From an uncultured Prevotella sp. (GTDB taxonomy: Bacteria; Bacteroidota; Bacteroidia; Bacteroidales; Bacteroidaceae), in assembly GCA_900553155.1 (NCBI GenBank), contig USCM01000001.1, positions 1-44,237 on the forward strand: DNA of 44,237 nucleotides, read 5' to 3'. The translations under genes and the position numbers were made by a program. Shown one piece after another: positions 27,301 to 35,028 of the stretch. Below the pieces are notes generated by a model, which did no database searches, had not been told where the DNA came from, and saw only the letters and a list, made by a program, of their open reading frames with translations. The number at the start of each line of letters is the position of its first letter. The first letter of the stretch is position 1.

Positions 27301-29278
27301 TGTTGGTGATGTTGAACGCAGCGCTGGCTGTAGGAGCCTTCGACGCGTCCACCGTCATGCTGAGGGAGGTCTTGTCGAGCTTAACCTTAGGACCTTCGTT
27401 GGTTGTTGCCTCCTTGATGGGCGACACTGCCGAAGCCTTGCCCCAACGGTTGTAGGCCACGATAGCAAAGTAGTACTTGGTAGAAGCCTCCAAGCCCTGA
27501 AGCTCGTAAGACATGGCGTCGCCAGAGAGCTTGAACTTGGTGTCAACCGATACCGAGTTGAGCTTGTTGAGGTTGTCGGCTGCCGTGAATGGCTCTTTGC
27601 TATAATATATAACATGGTGGTCGATGCTCTTCTCCTCGCTCTCCGGTATAATCCACTCGATAAGAGCGTTGTCGTGCGAAGGAGTTACGGTGAAGTCGGC
27701 AACGGCAGAAGGCACAGTGCCCTCCTTACCCTGCAATGCCTTGTAAGCATCGATAAAGCCCGAACCCATCTTGCCAACGTAGTTGGGGTTGAGGGTATAA
27801 AGGTCGTTTACGGATGTTGTAAGCAATGTGCGGAGCGTCTCGTTAGAGAAGTTCTCATTGCCATACTTGGAAAGGATAAGAGCGGCGATGCCCGAAACGT
27901 GCGGACAAGCCATTGATGTACCCTCGTTGTAGCCGTATGTGCTGTTAGGCAATGTCGAGAGGACGCCGAGCTTCTGTCCGTAGTCCAGCAAACCGCCAGG
28001 AGCTGTAACGTCTACCCATGTGCCATAGTTGGAGTAGCTGGTTACATAACCGTCGGCTCCCATAGAGCCTACAGCCACTACCTCGTCGAGACAGCCTGGG
28101 AAGAAGCGTCCCTCCTCGCCGTTGTTGCCGGCTGCGAAGATACACAGACCGCCGTTCATCTTCTTGCCGCCACCGTTCTTGGTGAAGTACTTAACGGCTT
28201 CGGTTACCGATTTGTCCTCATCATCAGGCATACCCATACCCCAAGAACACTGGGCTATGCTTGCACCGCGGTCGGCAGCGTATATAAGTGCTGCGCCAAA
28301 GTCGGCCTCTGCCGAACTGCTGGCACGCGAGTCGAACACCTGGCAAACCATCATCTTGACGCCGCCCTTGCCGTCCTTACCGCCTGCCACACCAGCCACG
28401 CCAATGCCGTTGCCGTTGGTAGCGCCTACAGTACCAGCCACGTGTGTACCGTGCGAGTGGGCACTGAGGTTGGAAGAGTTGATTACGAAGTTGTAACCGT
28501 ATACGTCGTCAACGAATCCGTCGTTGTCGTCGTCGACACCCGGCTGGCCGGTAAGCTCGGCTTCGTTAATCCAAAGGTTGTCCTTAAGGTCTGGGTGGTC
28601 GATCTGGAAACCACCGTCGATGATAGCAACAACCACATCTTTAGAGCCAGTGACGCCTGTCTCCCATGCCTTGAAGAGGTTGATGTCATTGCCGGCAACA
28701 CTGCCCTGAATGCTTCCGTCGTTGTGGTAGTGCCACTGGTCGGGCAGCAATGGGTCGTTGAGCGGCATTGTTGATGCAGCCTTCTGCGCACGAGCGATAT
28801 CGGCAGGCGATATGGGGCGGAACTTCTCGCCGCCATAAGGCTTGTAGATAGGTATACGCTGAGCATACTGTATACCTGCTGTCGACTTGTAAAGGTTGCG
28901 TGCCTGTGCCGGCGACATGCCGTCGGCAGCGTACGTTACGTCGTACCAGAGGTCGAGACCTGCCTCCTTGTGCTTGGCCTCGTCCTTGCCGGCATACGGG
29001 AACACACGCTTCATGCTTACAGCCTTAACCTTCTGTGCCACACGGTCAAGCTGTGCCACACCAGTCGTGACGTACTTAGCTTTAGCCTTGCGCTGCAACG
29101 AGCCGTCGGGTAAGGTGGTCTTCTGCAGCAACGATGCTATCTCCGGCTGGAGCTTCACACGTACCACACCCTCCTTAAAGGACGCCTCGGATGCCGAAGA
29201 CTTAAGCTGTGCGCCTGCTGTGGTAGCGCCCGATAGGAACATCACACCACAAAGACCTAAAAGTTTAATCTTTTGCAT
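21389..29278 (-). CDS. Large secreted S8 subtilase with FN3/Ig-like repeats and a probable T9SS C-terminal sorting domain
   Basis: Signal peptide; catalytic triad VAIIDGG / HGTHVAG / GTSMACP; FN3 (YYFAIVAYN); repeated Ig-like 'DFG....G.......L.N.G' modules; C-terminal VYVYDAAGKLI...GVY.L...TVKFVK. Confidence 0.9.
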   Translation of the reverse strand: MQKIKLLGLCGVMFLSGATTAGAQLKSSASEASFKEGVVRVKLQPEIASLLQKTTLPDGSLQRKAKAKYVTTGVAQLDRVAQKVKAVSMKRVFPYAGKDEAKHKEAGLDLWYDVTYAADGMSPAQARNLYKSTAGIQYAQRIPIYKPYGGEKFRPISPADIARAQKAASTMPLNDPLLPDQWHYHNDGSIQGSVAGNDINLFKAWETGVTGSKDVVVAIIDGGFQIDHPDLKDNLWINEAELTGQPGVDDDNDGFVDDVYGYNFVINSSNLSAHSHGTHVAGTVGATNGNGIGVAGVAGGKDGKGGVKMMVCQVFDSRASSSAEADFGAALIYAADRGASIAQCSWGMGMPDDEDKSVTEAVKYFTKNGGGKKMNGGLCIFAAGNNGEEGRFFPGCLDEVVAVGSMGADGYVTSYSNYGTWVDVTAPGGLLDYGQKLGVLSTLPNSTYGYNEGTSMACPHVSGIAALILSKYGNENFSNETLRTLLTTSVNDLYTLNPNYVGKMGSGFIDAYKALQGKEGTVPSAVADFTVTPSHDNALIEWIIPESEEKSIDHHVIYYSKEPFTAADNLNKLNSVSVDTKFKLSGDAMSYELQGLEASTKYYFAIVAYNRWGKASAVSPIKEATTNEGPKVKLDKTSLSMTVDASKAPTASAAFNITNKGKGMLKYELTAATTKAIMSTKARAEKPSPGQVVPFSGTVAPTVAKSNAVATSDYLAKDWPSIMTFSKQLYSYIGESDTKLPNAMAQYFYVDKKQYPNGFNLTSLKFQGQNGVDPVIEIYDGSRSISTASLLQKVDYSIWAYDYDIALNEQIYFAPGSSFWVVAKFPAGAKNPLGAGKTSQDNVAQYSFYSSNNGATWTQLTEVLKGSSFEAVSDHLTWAVQAISKNPDWSQVLNPEPISGEVRPGESQKVTLTNDGQKLVNGTYNFNIHVKSNEAKDSKQKVALKMTVNGYKPELHSQQLVDFGNLLVGQTKTIDVELTNSGYGVFGGSYGYLQAPRNVTSSSDQFNVSKGAKNIEARSTGTLPVTFKPTKAGNFTSNITLIDKNNIKHTFVVRGVASATANLELDKSEFDLGDLKVGGETKTATVTLKNTGEYPLQYVFPKFSSAKIDGSTTRVHKFGYTLQSNVNGDDSFDYEPAPELADETDITSQFNSNNWQSGAVKLGFKFPFYGKEYDQVYISSYGGLSMLPIEGRISCMVPTGECVEGLGYVSAYTNSGWMDMGGNSKITYGHKDGKFYVKFKDVVTPATAGGGETTTLSFHMALCPDGSVEVFYDDYNPAGVFGSGGNNFVGVSDIEAKDACVFTDATKVHSSSEGYDAPYYDIMTGSAIKIVAPAKSMIKSLSSTDGYIGNGDSKDITITLEAGDNLYAGELTNYLTVITNDPAHASSNIALKANITGDNLKAEAKTDVESVDFGSVFQTSVQNHNVLLSNNGKDVLHVSGVSVKNGKFNVADEVKGAFDVPAGQGKDITVTLPTEKKGAVEDVLVISYADGTSNEVALKGNVIGTPVWSATPDAVELETAYGVNAKQDITVTNTGDEPLTFNAEPDTWYRSLDVAEEGESQVDYVFRSKSDGFDVPFNWVDITEDYTEHMPYSYYIDKTDFKKVTLPFEFPFYGKKYTEMYIYNTGFVSFDKPVEDYKQFPEPPASLPTTETFYSNIICPFWGNHSMNTPSVDGVYYKANEDDVVVSYKNYGNTMMQGMNFQVILRKDGSFKFQYDLDPNGMQIGVFGLCGIMDHTETRGITPSDMYINPGNALEFTPYKNYVVAPGKSATLPIELLADKLADEYNYELSLKTNAPAKESVKLPVALNITGAAEPVFPTDINVEQVVNPYPMEPVYHEFQIENKGSKAFTIDDVASELFAVSDPDDLMAMPEGLLEVYTDANSGGGGEPGFPDDNPWGVSLTDASTTKAWIQYQQGMMAPITVGKEPVKFRISLYDVSKVRQKDYPILFTVSGLENEEVQGTIKVNITKAPVVSFDQDELHINNVSSDYTGETSVKMLNEGGYKLKYSLRLEPSGRDEQTGNNDDFDYGMLQTLNVISTPSKAAAKQFTETCVARLQGKNFFKALGIKKVKDDQKFIYDVPTGVEDNMLYYPVLNPVKNAQAAIMGTGESALDENFYAATRYEAPAEGFNLTHLYFVGTVGNLENVDIEASVILGNDVTATERTIGHGKLHVDKEEETDRGYMGVPRMLKFDNPVYINPADTFYVVLKYPAGYKSSALMATKDGNIEPNRYMAHLKSLGGWVDIENLYDNAYSYGAFGYFMTCVEHEKGEPWIKLLNEQKEGVLEANASLPINFQINAKSAYFAKNNKATLVVKSNDPENATVNYHIYLDRNAAPAIEVPEGIVAANQGESTNVELNVSEPEDEAFSVSFEDSKAYTTVASYNEADGVTFENGVFSVPAGKQLQATLNVVPEYGYDHVGSGAIVVNATDASNNASSATVNYNVVFKNRAPEFVGQTEITLGVGEQSATITYASLFNDPDGDKFTGSVYAANTKVAAVFSSDEGFIISAKKVGKTSLNVTATDSNGDATPQKVMVNVVDATGISGVGSDNGDITVSTDGDNGTIGVKVNANVAEAVVYVYDAAGKLIAKKTAKNLHAGDTITIDIANSGQGVYTLNAVLDGESTTVKFVK

Positions 29279-29339
29279 ACGATTGTGTTTGAATGATAAA
29301 ATGTGTATAATTATTGAACGATGATTTTATTTTATTATG

Positions 29340-29370
29340 CAAAAGTAATAATAATTTACGAATTATCAAA
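29340..29370 (-). promoter_or_regulatory. Consensus Bacteroidetes promoter for the subtilase
   Basis: TTTG (29370-29367), 19-nt spacer, TACTTTTG (29347-29340). Confidence 0.75.
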
Positions 29371-29372
29371 GC

Positions 29373-29415
29373 AAGGTTGGTATTAATATACAATAAGGTT
29401 GGTATTAATATACAA
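29373..29415. repeat. 22-bp tandem direct repeat adjoining the -33 element
   Basis: aaggttggtattaatatacaat aaggttggtattaatatacaa. Confidence 0.9.
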
Positions 29416-29418
29416 ACA

Positions 29419-29465
29419 AGACGTAGCCCCCTCGCTCTGCCTTAGCGAGCGAGGGGGCTACGTCT
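29419..29465 (-). terminator. Strong hairpin, probable terminator of the desulfidase gene
   Basis: agacgtagccccctcgctc...gagcgagggggctacgtct, with a T-rich tail on the minus strand. Confidence 0.75.
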
Positions 29466-29471
29466 GGAGTT

Positions 29472-30758
29472 TTACCCTTTATGCGTCATTATGTCCAGCA
29501 CCATTTCGTCGGTCTTGTTCATTGCCTCCGCTCCAATGCTGGTAAGATTCTTTATCGACCTGTCGACATCGTCGTCGATGATGCCTTCCACCGAACTTAC
29601 GCACTTGCCCTCGATGGAGAGCAATGCCGAGAGCAGGGCTGTAGACACTCCCGACGATATCTTCAGGGCGCACGACGGCTTGGCTCCGTCGCATATCATG
29701 CCCGTGATATTGGCTATCATGTTCTTAACCGAGTTGCAGATGCGGCAGTAGTCGCCTCCCATCAGATAGGTTATACCGCAGCTCGAGCCTATGCTTGCCA
29801 CCACACAACCGCAGAGAGCCGACAGCTTGCCGAGGTTCTGCTTTATATATATAGCGGTGAGATGACTGAGGGTGAGTGCGCGGATAAGCTCTTCGTCGGT
29901 GTTCTCGTTCTCCTCGGCATACACCACAACGGGGTTGGTGGCGCAGATGCCTTGGTTGCCCGAACCCGAATTGCTCATCACCGGAATCATGGCGCCGCCC
30001 ATACGGGCATCGCAAGCCAATGCCGTTGCCGATATAATGTGCGAGAAGATGGAGTTGCCAAAGATGCCGTGGCTCATCGGGCGGTCTATCGTCTTGCCCA
30101 AGCAATGGCCGTAGTTGCCCTTCTTCGATTCGGCAGCGGCACGCATATTATAGTCGCGTGTCTTCAGGATGAAGCTTATATCGTCTACCGGGGTGGTCAT
30201 GGAGAAGTCGTAAACCATACGCATATCCAGTAGGATGTCGTCGTTCTCTGCCTCCTTGCCTGCCGGTTGGCGGTTGTCAAGGACGGTCACGCCGTCGCGC
30301 TCTACAAACACAAAGTTGGTGTGCGAGTGGGTTATCACGGCAGTTGCCACATGCCCCTCTGCCTCGCAGCGCACCTCCACATACAGCTTCTCGGTTATGC
30401 CTGTCTTCAAGCGTATGTCTATATGGTTGCCGTCGATATACCGCTTGCCCTTCTCAAGAGCTTCGGGGGTAAGGTCTTTAAGCACCTCAAGCTGATACTC
30501 CGACTTGCCCACAAGCGCTCCCAAAGCCACAGCTATAGGCAGTCCTATCATACCCGTACCGGGAATGCCCACTCCCATAGCGTTCTTCAGGATGTTGGAA
30601 GAAAGCAGGACGGTTATCTTCTCGGGACGAAAACCCAACGTCTCGGTAGCACGCGCCACACAGAGCGATACACACATTGGTTCGGTGCAGCCTACAGCTG
30701 GCACCACCTCACGATTGATGAGGGCAATAATCTGTTCACGGATTTGTTTGTCGAGCAT
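29472..30758 (-). CDS. L-cysteine desulfidase-like / serine dehydratase alpha family (YhaM/CyuA, UPF0597)
   Basis: PAVGCTEP, KNAMGVGIPGT, MSNSGSGNQG, LCGC and GMICDGAKPSCALK. Confidence 0.88.
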   Translation of the reverse strand: MLDKQIREQIIALINREVVPAVGCTEPMCVSLCVARATETLGFRPEKITVLLSSNILKNAMGVGIPGTGMIGLPIAVALGALVGKSEYQLEVLKDLTPEALEKGKRYIDGNHIDIRLKTGITEKLYVEVRCEAEGHVATAVITHSHTNFVFVERDGVTVLDNRQPAGKEAENDDILLDMRMVYDFSMTTPVDDISFILKTRDYNMRAAAESKKGNYGHCLGKTIDRPMSHGIFGNSIFSHIISATALACDARMGGAMIPVMSNSGSGNQGICATNPVVVYAEENENTDEELIRALTLSHLTAIYIKQNLGKLSALCGCVVASIGSSCGITYLMGGDYCRICNSVKNMIANITGMICDGAKPSCALKISSGVSTALLSALLSIEGKCVSSVEGIIDDDVDRSIKNLTSIGAEAMNKTDEMVLDIMTHKG

Positions 30759-30773
30759 AAATTTAAGGTATTA

Positions 30774-30815
30774 AAAGCCCCACCTCAGCCACTGCAGTGG
30801 TTGAGGTGAGGCTTT
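30774..30815. terminator. Long hairpin between dsbD and the desulfidase gene
   Basis: aaagccccacctcagccact-gc-agtggttgaggtgaggcttt: 20-bp arms with 2 non-WC pairs. Confidence 0.55.
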
Positions 30816-30819
30816 CCAT

Positions 30820-32847
30820 TTATTTTTTGTAATTGTCTATTCCCACTTTCAAGAAGTCCACATACTCGTTTATGTCTTCGTCGTACGAGCGGCTGCCGGT
30901 AAGCGGCTTGCCCTCGTTGTCGAGCAGGATGTACATAGGCTGGGTATTTGAGCCGAACTTATGGCGCTGCAAGTAGCTCCACTTGTCGCCCACGGTGCGC
31001 AGTGTGCGCTGCGAGCCGTCGGTATCGGTTACGGTCAGCGGCTCTGTCAGCGGTGTCTTGTCGTCCACATAGAGCGAGATAAGCACATATTTATTATTAA
31101 GCAGATCGGCAACGGTTGCGTCGGTCCAGACGGCTGCCTCCATCTTACGGCAGTTTACACAGCCATATCCGGTGAAGTCGATCATTACCGGCTTGCCCTC
31201 CAAACGTGCGGTAGCCATACCTGCCTCGAAGTCGTGGAAGCGTGGATGAACCTCGTTCTTGTAGAGGTTGAAGTCCTGGGTATTCATCGGCGGAGCAAAT
31301 GCCGACACTGCCTTAAGCGGCGCGCCCCACAAGCCCGGTATCATATAGAAGGCAAATGCCAACGAGCCAAGGGCGAGGAAGAACTGGGGCACATTGGTGC
31401 GGCGGTTCTGGTCGTCGTGCGGGAAGTTGAACATTCCGAGCAGATACAGACCCAACAGCGAGAAGATGGCTATCCAAAGGGCGAGGAAGGTCTCGCGGTC
31501 GAGAATGTGCCAGCCGTATGCAAGGTCGGCTACGGAGAGGAACTTAAGTGCGAACGCCAGTTCGATGAAGCCGAGCACTACCTTGAGCACGTTCATCCAA
31601 CCACCCGACTTAGGTGCCGACTTCAACAGCGTCGGGAACATTGCGAACAGCGCGAAGGGTATAGCCAAGGCTACGGCGAAGCCCAACATACCAACGGTCG
31701 GGGCAACGATGCTGCCCTCCGAAGCCACTGCCACAAGCAGGAAGCCGATGATAGGACCTGTGCACGAGAAGCTTACGAGCGACAATGTGAAAGCCATGAG
31801 GAAGATGCTGAGCACTCCGCTGGTTTCGTCGCTCTTCTGATCTATCTTGTTGCTCCATGACGATGGCAACGTTATCTCGAACGCTCCGAAGAACGAAGCG
31901 GCGAAAACAACAAGCAACAGACAGAAGAGGATGTTGAATATGGCGTTGGTCGAGAGTGCGTTCAAGGCACTCGCGCCAAACAGCAGCGACACTATCAAGC
32001 CCAGGGCCACATATATAACAACGATAGACACGCCGTATGTAACGGCCTCACGTATTGCCTTCTTGCGGTCCTTGTTGCGCTTAAGGAAGAAGCTTACGGT
32101 CATCGGGATTATCGGCCACACACATGGGGTGAAGAGGGCGAGAAATCCGCCAACCAGTCCGGCAAGGAAGATGTACAGCAGCGAGTTGTTTACGGGCTTG
32201 TCATACTTGGCAAGTTCCTTTATCACCGGTGTCCACAGCTTCTGCACCTCGGAGTTGTCCAGTTGGGGAGCGGCTGCAACGGCACTGTCGGCAGACGCCA
32301 CCGAGTCGACCGCGGCTGTATCCTTACCGTTAGCGGCTTTTGCGTCAACTGCATTCGTTTTTGCGTCAGCGGCAGCTGCTTTTGCGTCAACAGCCGGCGA
32401 CTTTCCATGGAAACTAATATCCACACGAGCCGGAGGTGTGCACATCTCGTCACTGCAAGCGCCATATTCGAGGTGGCCCTTAATAGTGTATGTGGGCTTG
32501 GTGAACTTGATTTTCTGTACAAACTGAGCCGTCTTCTCAAAGAAGCGCAGCTTCATTTCGAACATCTTGTCGTACTTCGAGATTTCGTTGCCACGTGGCA
32601 CAAGTCTGCCTACAAGCTCCACACCGTCTTTACTGTCAACACTGAAAGACGCCTCGGTGGGTCCGCCCTCACCAAGGTTGGTCGAGTAGACGTGCCAGCC
32701 CGGCTCTATCCTGCCCTCAAACACAATCTCTGCCTCGGCAGTGGAGCCTGTCTTAAGGTGCGACTTAAACTTGACGGGGTCGGACATCTGCGCATTGCAG
32801 AACATTGCGACCAACAGGAGCAACGCTAATGACATCGCTTTCTTCAT
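30820..32847 (-). CDS. dsbD: Thiol:disulfide interchange protein DsbD
   Basis: N-terminal GWHVYS...C....C domain, TM domain TPCVWP...FSCTGP, and thioredoxin DFTGYGCVNC. Confidence 0.9.
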   Translation of the reverse strand: MKKAMSLALLLLVAMFCNAQMSDPVKFKSHLKTGSTAEAEIVFEGRIEPGWHVYSTNLGEGGPTEASFSVDSKDGVELVGRLVPRGNEISKYDKMFEMKLRFFEKTAQFVQKIKFTKPTYTIKGHLEYGACSDEMCTPPARVDISFHGKSPAVDAKAAAADAKTNAVDAKAANGKDTAAVDSVASADSAVAAAPQLDNSEVQKLWTPVIKELAKYDKPVNNSLLYIFLAGLVGGFLALFTPCVWPIIPMTVSFFLKRNKDRKKAIREAVTYGVSIVVIYVALGLIVSLLFGASALNALSTNAIFNILFCLLLVVFAASFFGAFEITLPSSWSNKIDQKSDETSGVLSIFLMAFTLSLVSFSCTGPIIGFLLVAVASEGSIVAPTVGMLGFAVALAIPFALFAMFPTLLKSAPKSGGWMNVLKVVLGFIELAFALKFLSVADLAYGWHILDRETFLALWIAIFSLLGLYLLGMFNFPHDDQNRRTNVPQFFLALGSLAFAFYMIPGLWGAPLKAVSAFAPPMNTQDFNLYKNEVHPRFHDFEAGMATARLEGKPVMIDFTGYGCVNCRKMEAAVWTDATVADLLNNKYVLISLYVDDKTPLTEPLTVTDTDGSQRTLRTVGDKWSYLQRHKFGSNTQPMYILLDNEGKPLTGSRSYDEDINEYVDFLKVGIDNYKK

Positions 32848-32879
32848 AATCTGTATACGGATAAAGGTTATAAAAAAGG

Positions 32880-32954
32880 TGGTACTCCCACCGGGAATCG
32901 AACCCGGATCAAAGGTTTAGGAAACCTCCGTTCTATCCATTGAACTATAGGAGC
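32880..32954 (-). tRNA. tRNA-Arg(CCT), CCA encoded
   Basis: GCTCCTATAGTTCAATGGATAGAACGGAGGTTTCCTAAACCTTTGATCCGGGTTCGATTCCCGGTGGGAGTACCA. Confidence 0.95.
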
Positions 32955-33054
32955 AGCCTAACACATTAAAGCGCAATCTGACAAAAGGCTCAGATTGCAA
33001 CTGCAAATTTATTGATTTTTTTCGGATTTGAGAAATATTCTAATAACAAAATAC

Positions 33055-33172
33055 AAAAAACCCAAGTCGAGGCAGCTTGCACTTACCGTCAACTCGGGAT
33101 TGTAATATATAATATGCGTTTCTGTATTGGTAGGCTTAGCCTTGCCGAAGCAAAGCCTTGTTCAGTTCTTGC
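33055..33172 (-). ncRNA. Candidate small RNA of about 118 nt
   Basis: TATCTTTG promoter element at 33185-33178; GGCUUUGC-UUCG-GCAAGGCU hairpin at 33157-33138; terminator stem CCCGAGUUGA...UCGACUUGGG plus U6 at 33098-33055. G-U pairs favour the minus strand. Confidence 0.6.
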
Positions 33173-33356
33173 AGATGCAAAGATAGGACTAAGTCGACCA
33201 TAACTCTATAAAAATTGGGAAAAGAACAAAAAACCACTTGTAAAAAGACAACACATTATTACAATTTGGATAAAATAACACAAAACACAGATAAAGTACA
33301 AAGAAAATTACTAAATTTGCACTATTACAAACCTTACATAAATAACAATCTCCATA

Positions 33357-34496
33357 ATGACGTCAATACAATTACAAGAATGTTTTGAGACTATCGCGCT
33401 ATGCGTAGCGTCCATATACCTTACTATATGCGTATGCTTGGCTTTCTTCAAAGCGCCGAAGGACGAATTGTATCGTCCCTACCGCCAGTCCAAGCGCATG
33501 CTTACTGCCTCATTCGCAGCGATGGCTACCAACTTGATTGTTTGGCGTATCCTAACAACGGGCAACTGGAGCCACTTCAACTATGGCATAGCTATCCTTG
33601 ACATTGTGCTTTTCTACGTCGAAGAGCTTTTGCTGTGCTATTCGTTCTGCCATATACTCAACAATAGTTTCCTCACAAAGCGTCGCATAACAAAGGATAT
33701 GACGCAGCTTGGCATCGCTACCCTTATGATACTGATGCCTTTAATACCTGCCTTGCGCCCATGGACACATACGTTCTTCGTTGCCGCATTGGTGGTGATG
33801 ATTGCCAACGTAGCCGAATTGGCTTGGCTCTTCCGCAAGCAATACAAACTCAACGGCGAGATGCTGGACAACTACTTCACCGACGATATGCACTACTTTG
33901 TGCGTTGGACCAGCCGAAGCATCACCTTGCTTATCATCTCGTGGGTTATGGCTATGGTGACGCTCTTCACCAATGTCTACTTCAACCTTGTGTTCCAGGC
34001 TTATATGGTGTCGCTCAATCTGTATATAGCCATCAACTTTGTCAACTTCGTTACACGATACGGCGACATCGCACGTGCCTATCTGCCTGCCGGCGAAGAC
34101 CCTGAGGACATCGTCATGATGCCGGAAGAGGCAGCTGCAGAGTATGACAACTCGGAGAAGAACACCCTCGAACACCGCATCAATGCCTGGAAAGAGGCTA
34201 AGGAGTATGTTGGCTCGCAGTTTACGATAGACGAGCTTGCCACCAAGCTTGGCACCAACAAGAACTATCTGTCCTTCTTCATCAACGAGCGGTATGGCTC
34301 CAACTTCAGCGCTTGGGTGTCAAGTCTGCGTATTGCCGAGGCAAAGCAGCTGATGACTGCCAACCCCGACCGCAAGCTTGAGGACACAGCCTACACCGTT
34401 GGCTTCTCCTCACCGTCCTACTTCTCTAAAGTGTTCGCCTTCCACGAGGGCATGTCGCCAACGGCGTGGCGAAGAGAGATTAGAAGCAAGGAGTAA
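33357..34496 (+). CDS. Membrane-anchored AraC-family transcriptional regulator
   Basis: About 7 hydrophobic segments, then TIDELA..LGTNKNYLS..IN...NF..WVS.LRI and VGFSSPSYFSKVF...G.SP..WR. TAAATTTG promoter element at 33312-33319. Confidence 0.9.
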   Translation: MTSIQLQECFETIALCVASIYLTICVCLAFFKAPKDELYRPYRQSKRMLTASFAAMATNLIVWRILTTGNWSHFNYGIAILDIVLFYVEELLLCYSFCHILNNSFLTKRRITKDMTQLGIATLMILMPLIPALRPWTHTFFVAALVVMIANVAELAWLFRKQYKLNGEMLDNYFTDDMHYFVRWTSRSITLLIISWVMAMVTLFTNVYFNLVFQAYMVSLNLYIAINFVNFVTRYGDIARAYLPAGEDPEDIVMMPEEAAAEYDNSEKNTLEHRINAWKEAKEYVGSQFTIDELATKLGTNKNYLSFFINERYGSNFSAWVSSLRIAEAKQLMTANPDRKLEDTAYTVGFSSPSYFSKVFAFHEGMSPTAWRREIRSKE

Positions 34497-34502
34497 AGGG
34501 CA

Positions 34503-34835
34503 TTACCATAATGCAACTTTCCCTGCAATACCCAAATCGAGTGTTGCTGTTGCAATGCCCAATGCTTGAAACACACGACTCATTGTAGGCAAGGTTATAA
34601 CGCTGGTTCCTTTTTCCAACTTGGAGATTTGAGCACGCTGCACACCAATACGCTCACCAAGTTCTTCTTGCGTAAGATTTTGTGCCAGTCGAGCCTTGCG
34701 TATGGCTTCGCCTACAATATAGGCATTAACATCCTCCTTGAGTTTAGCTTCCATGGCTTCACGCTCTGGGGTTCCTCTTTTGCCCCAAAGTTTATCTTTC
34801 ATGTTGTCTGCTGGTATCAATTTCATTTGTGCCAT
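34503..34835 (-). CDS. XRE-family HTH protein (HigA-like antitoxin), orphan
   Basis: GKRGTPERE...GEAIRKAR...LTQEELGERIGVQRAQISKLEKG. Confidence 0.85.
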   Translation of the reverse strand: MAQMKLIPADNMKDKLWGKRGTPEREAMEAKLKEDVNAYIVGEAIRKARLAQNLTQEELGERIGVQRAQISKLEKGTSVITLPTMSRVFQALGIATATLDLGIAGKVALW

Positions 34836-34885
34836 AATGCTACCACTTTTAGTTTGTTGATGCTCATTTAGTTTGATTTAGAATA

Positions 34886-34919
34886 CAAAGATAACGTTTT
34901 GTTTCCTTATAACGATACA
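34886..34919 (-). promoter_or_regulatory. Promoter (-7 TATCTTTG) with an overlapping palindromic operator candidate
   Basis: -7 element at 34893-34886; tgtttccttataacgataca (34900-34919) is 16/20 self-complementary. Confidence 0.55.
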
Positions 34920-34938
34920 TCATTAGGTCTTTTAACAC

Positions 34939-34989
34939 AAAAAAACAGTTGGATGCCGTACCTCCCTACAGGTAGTTGGCATCCAACTG
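34939..34989 (-). terminator. Terminator of the lipoprotein gene
   Basis: cagttggatgcc...ggcatccaactg followed by T7 on the minus strand. Confidence 0.8.
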
Positions 34990-35028
34990 CTTTTATGTTT
35001 ATAGCCACACCAATAATGGCAACGGCTT

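Noticed and set aside
32330..32400. DAKAAA repeats in dsbD
   Set aside because: An ordinary low-complexity interdomain linker.
32973..32998. Hairpin gcaatctga...tcagattgc upstream of tRNA-Arg as a separate ncRNA or riboswitch
   Set aside because: It is too short and sits between the tRNA promoter and the tRNA; most likely part of the precursor leader.
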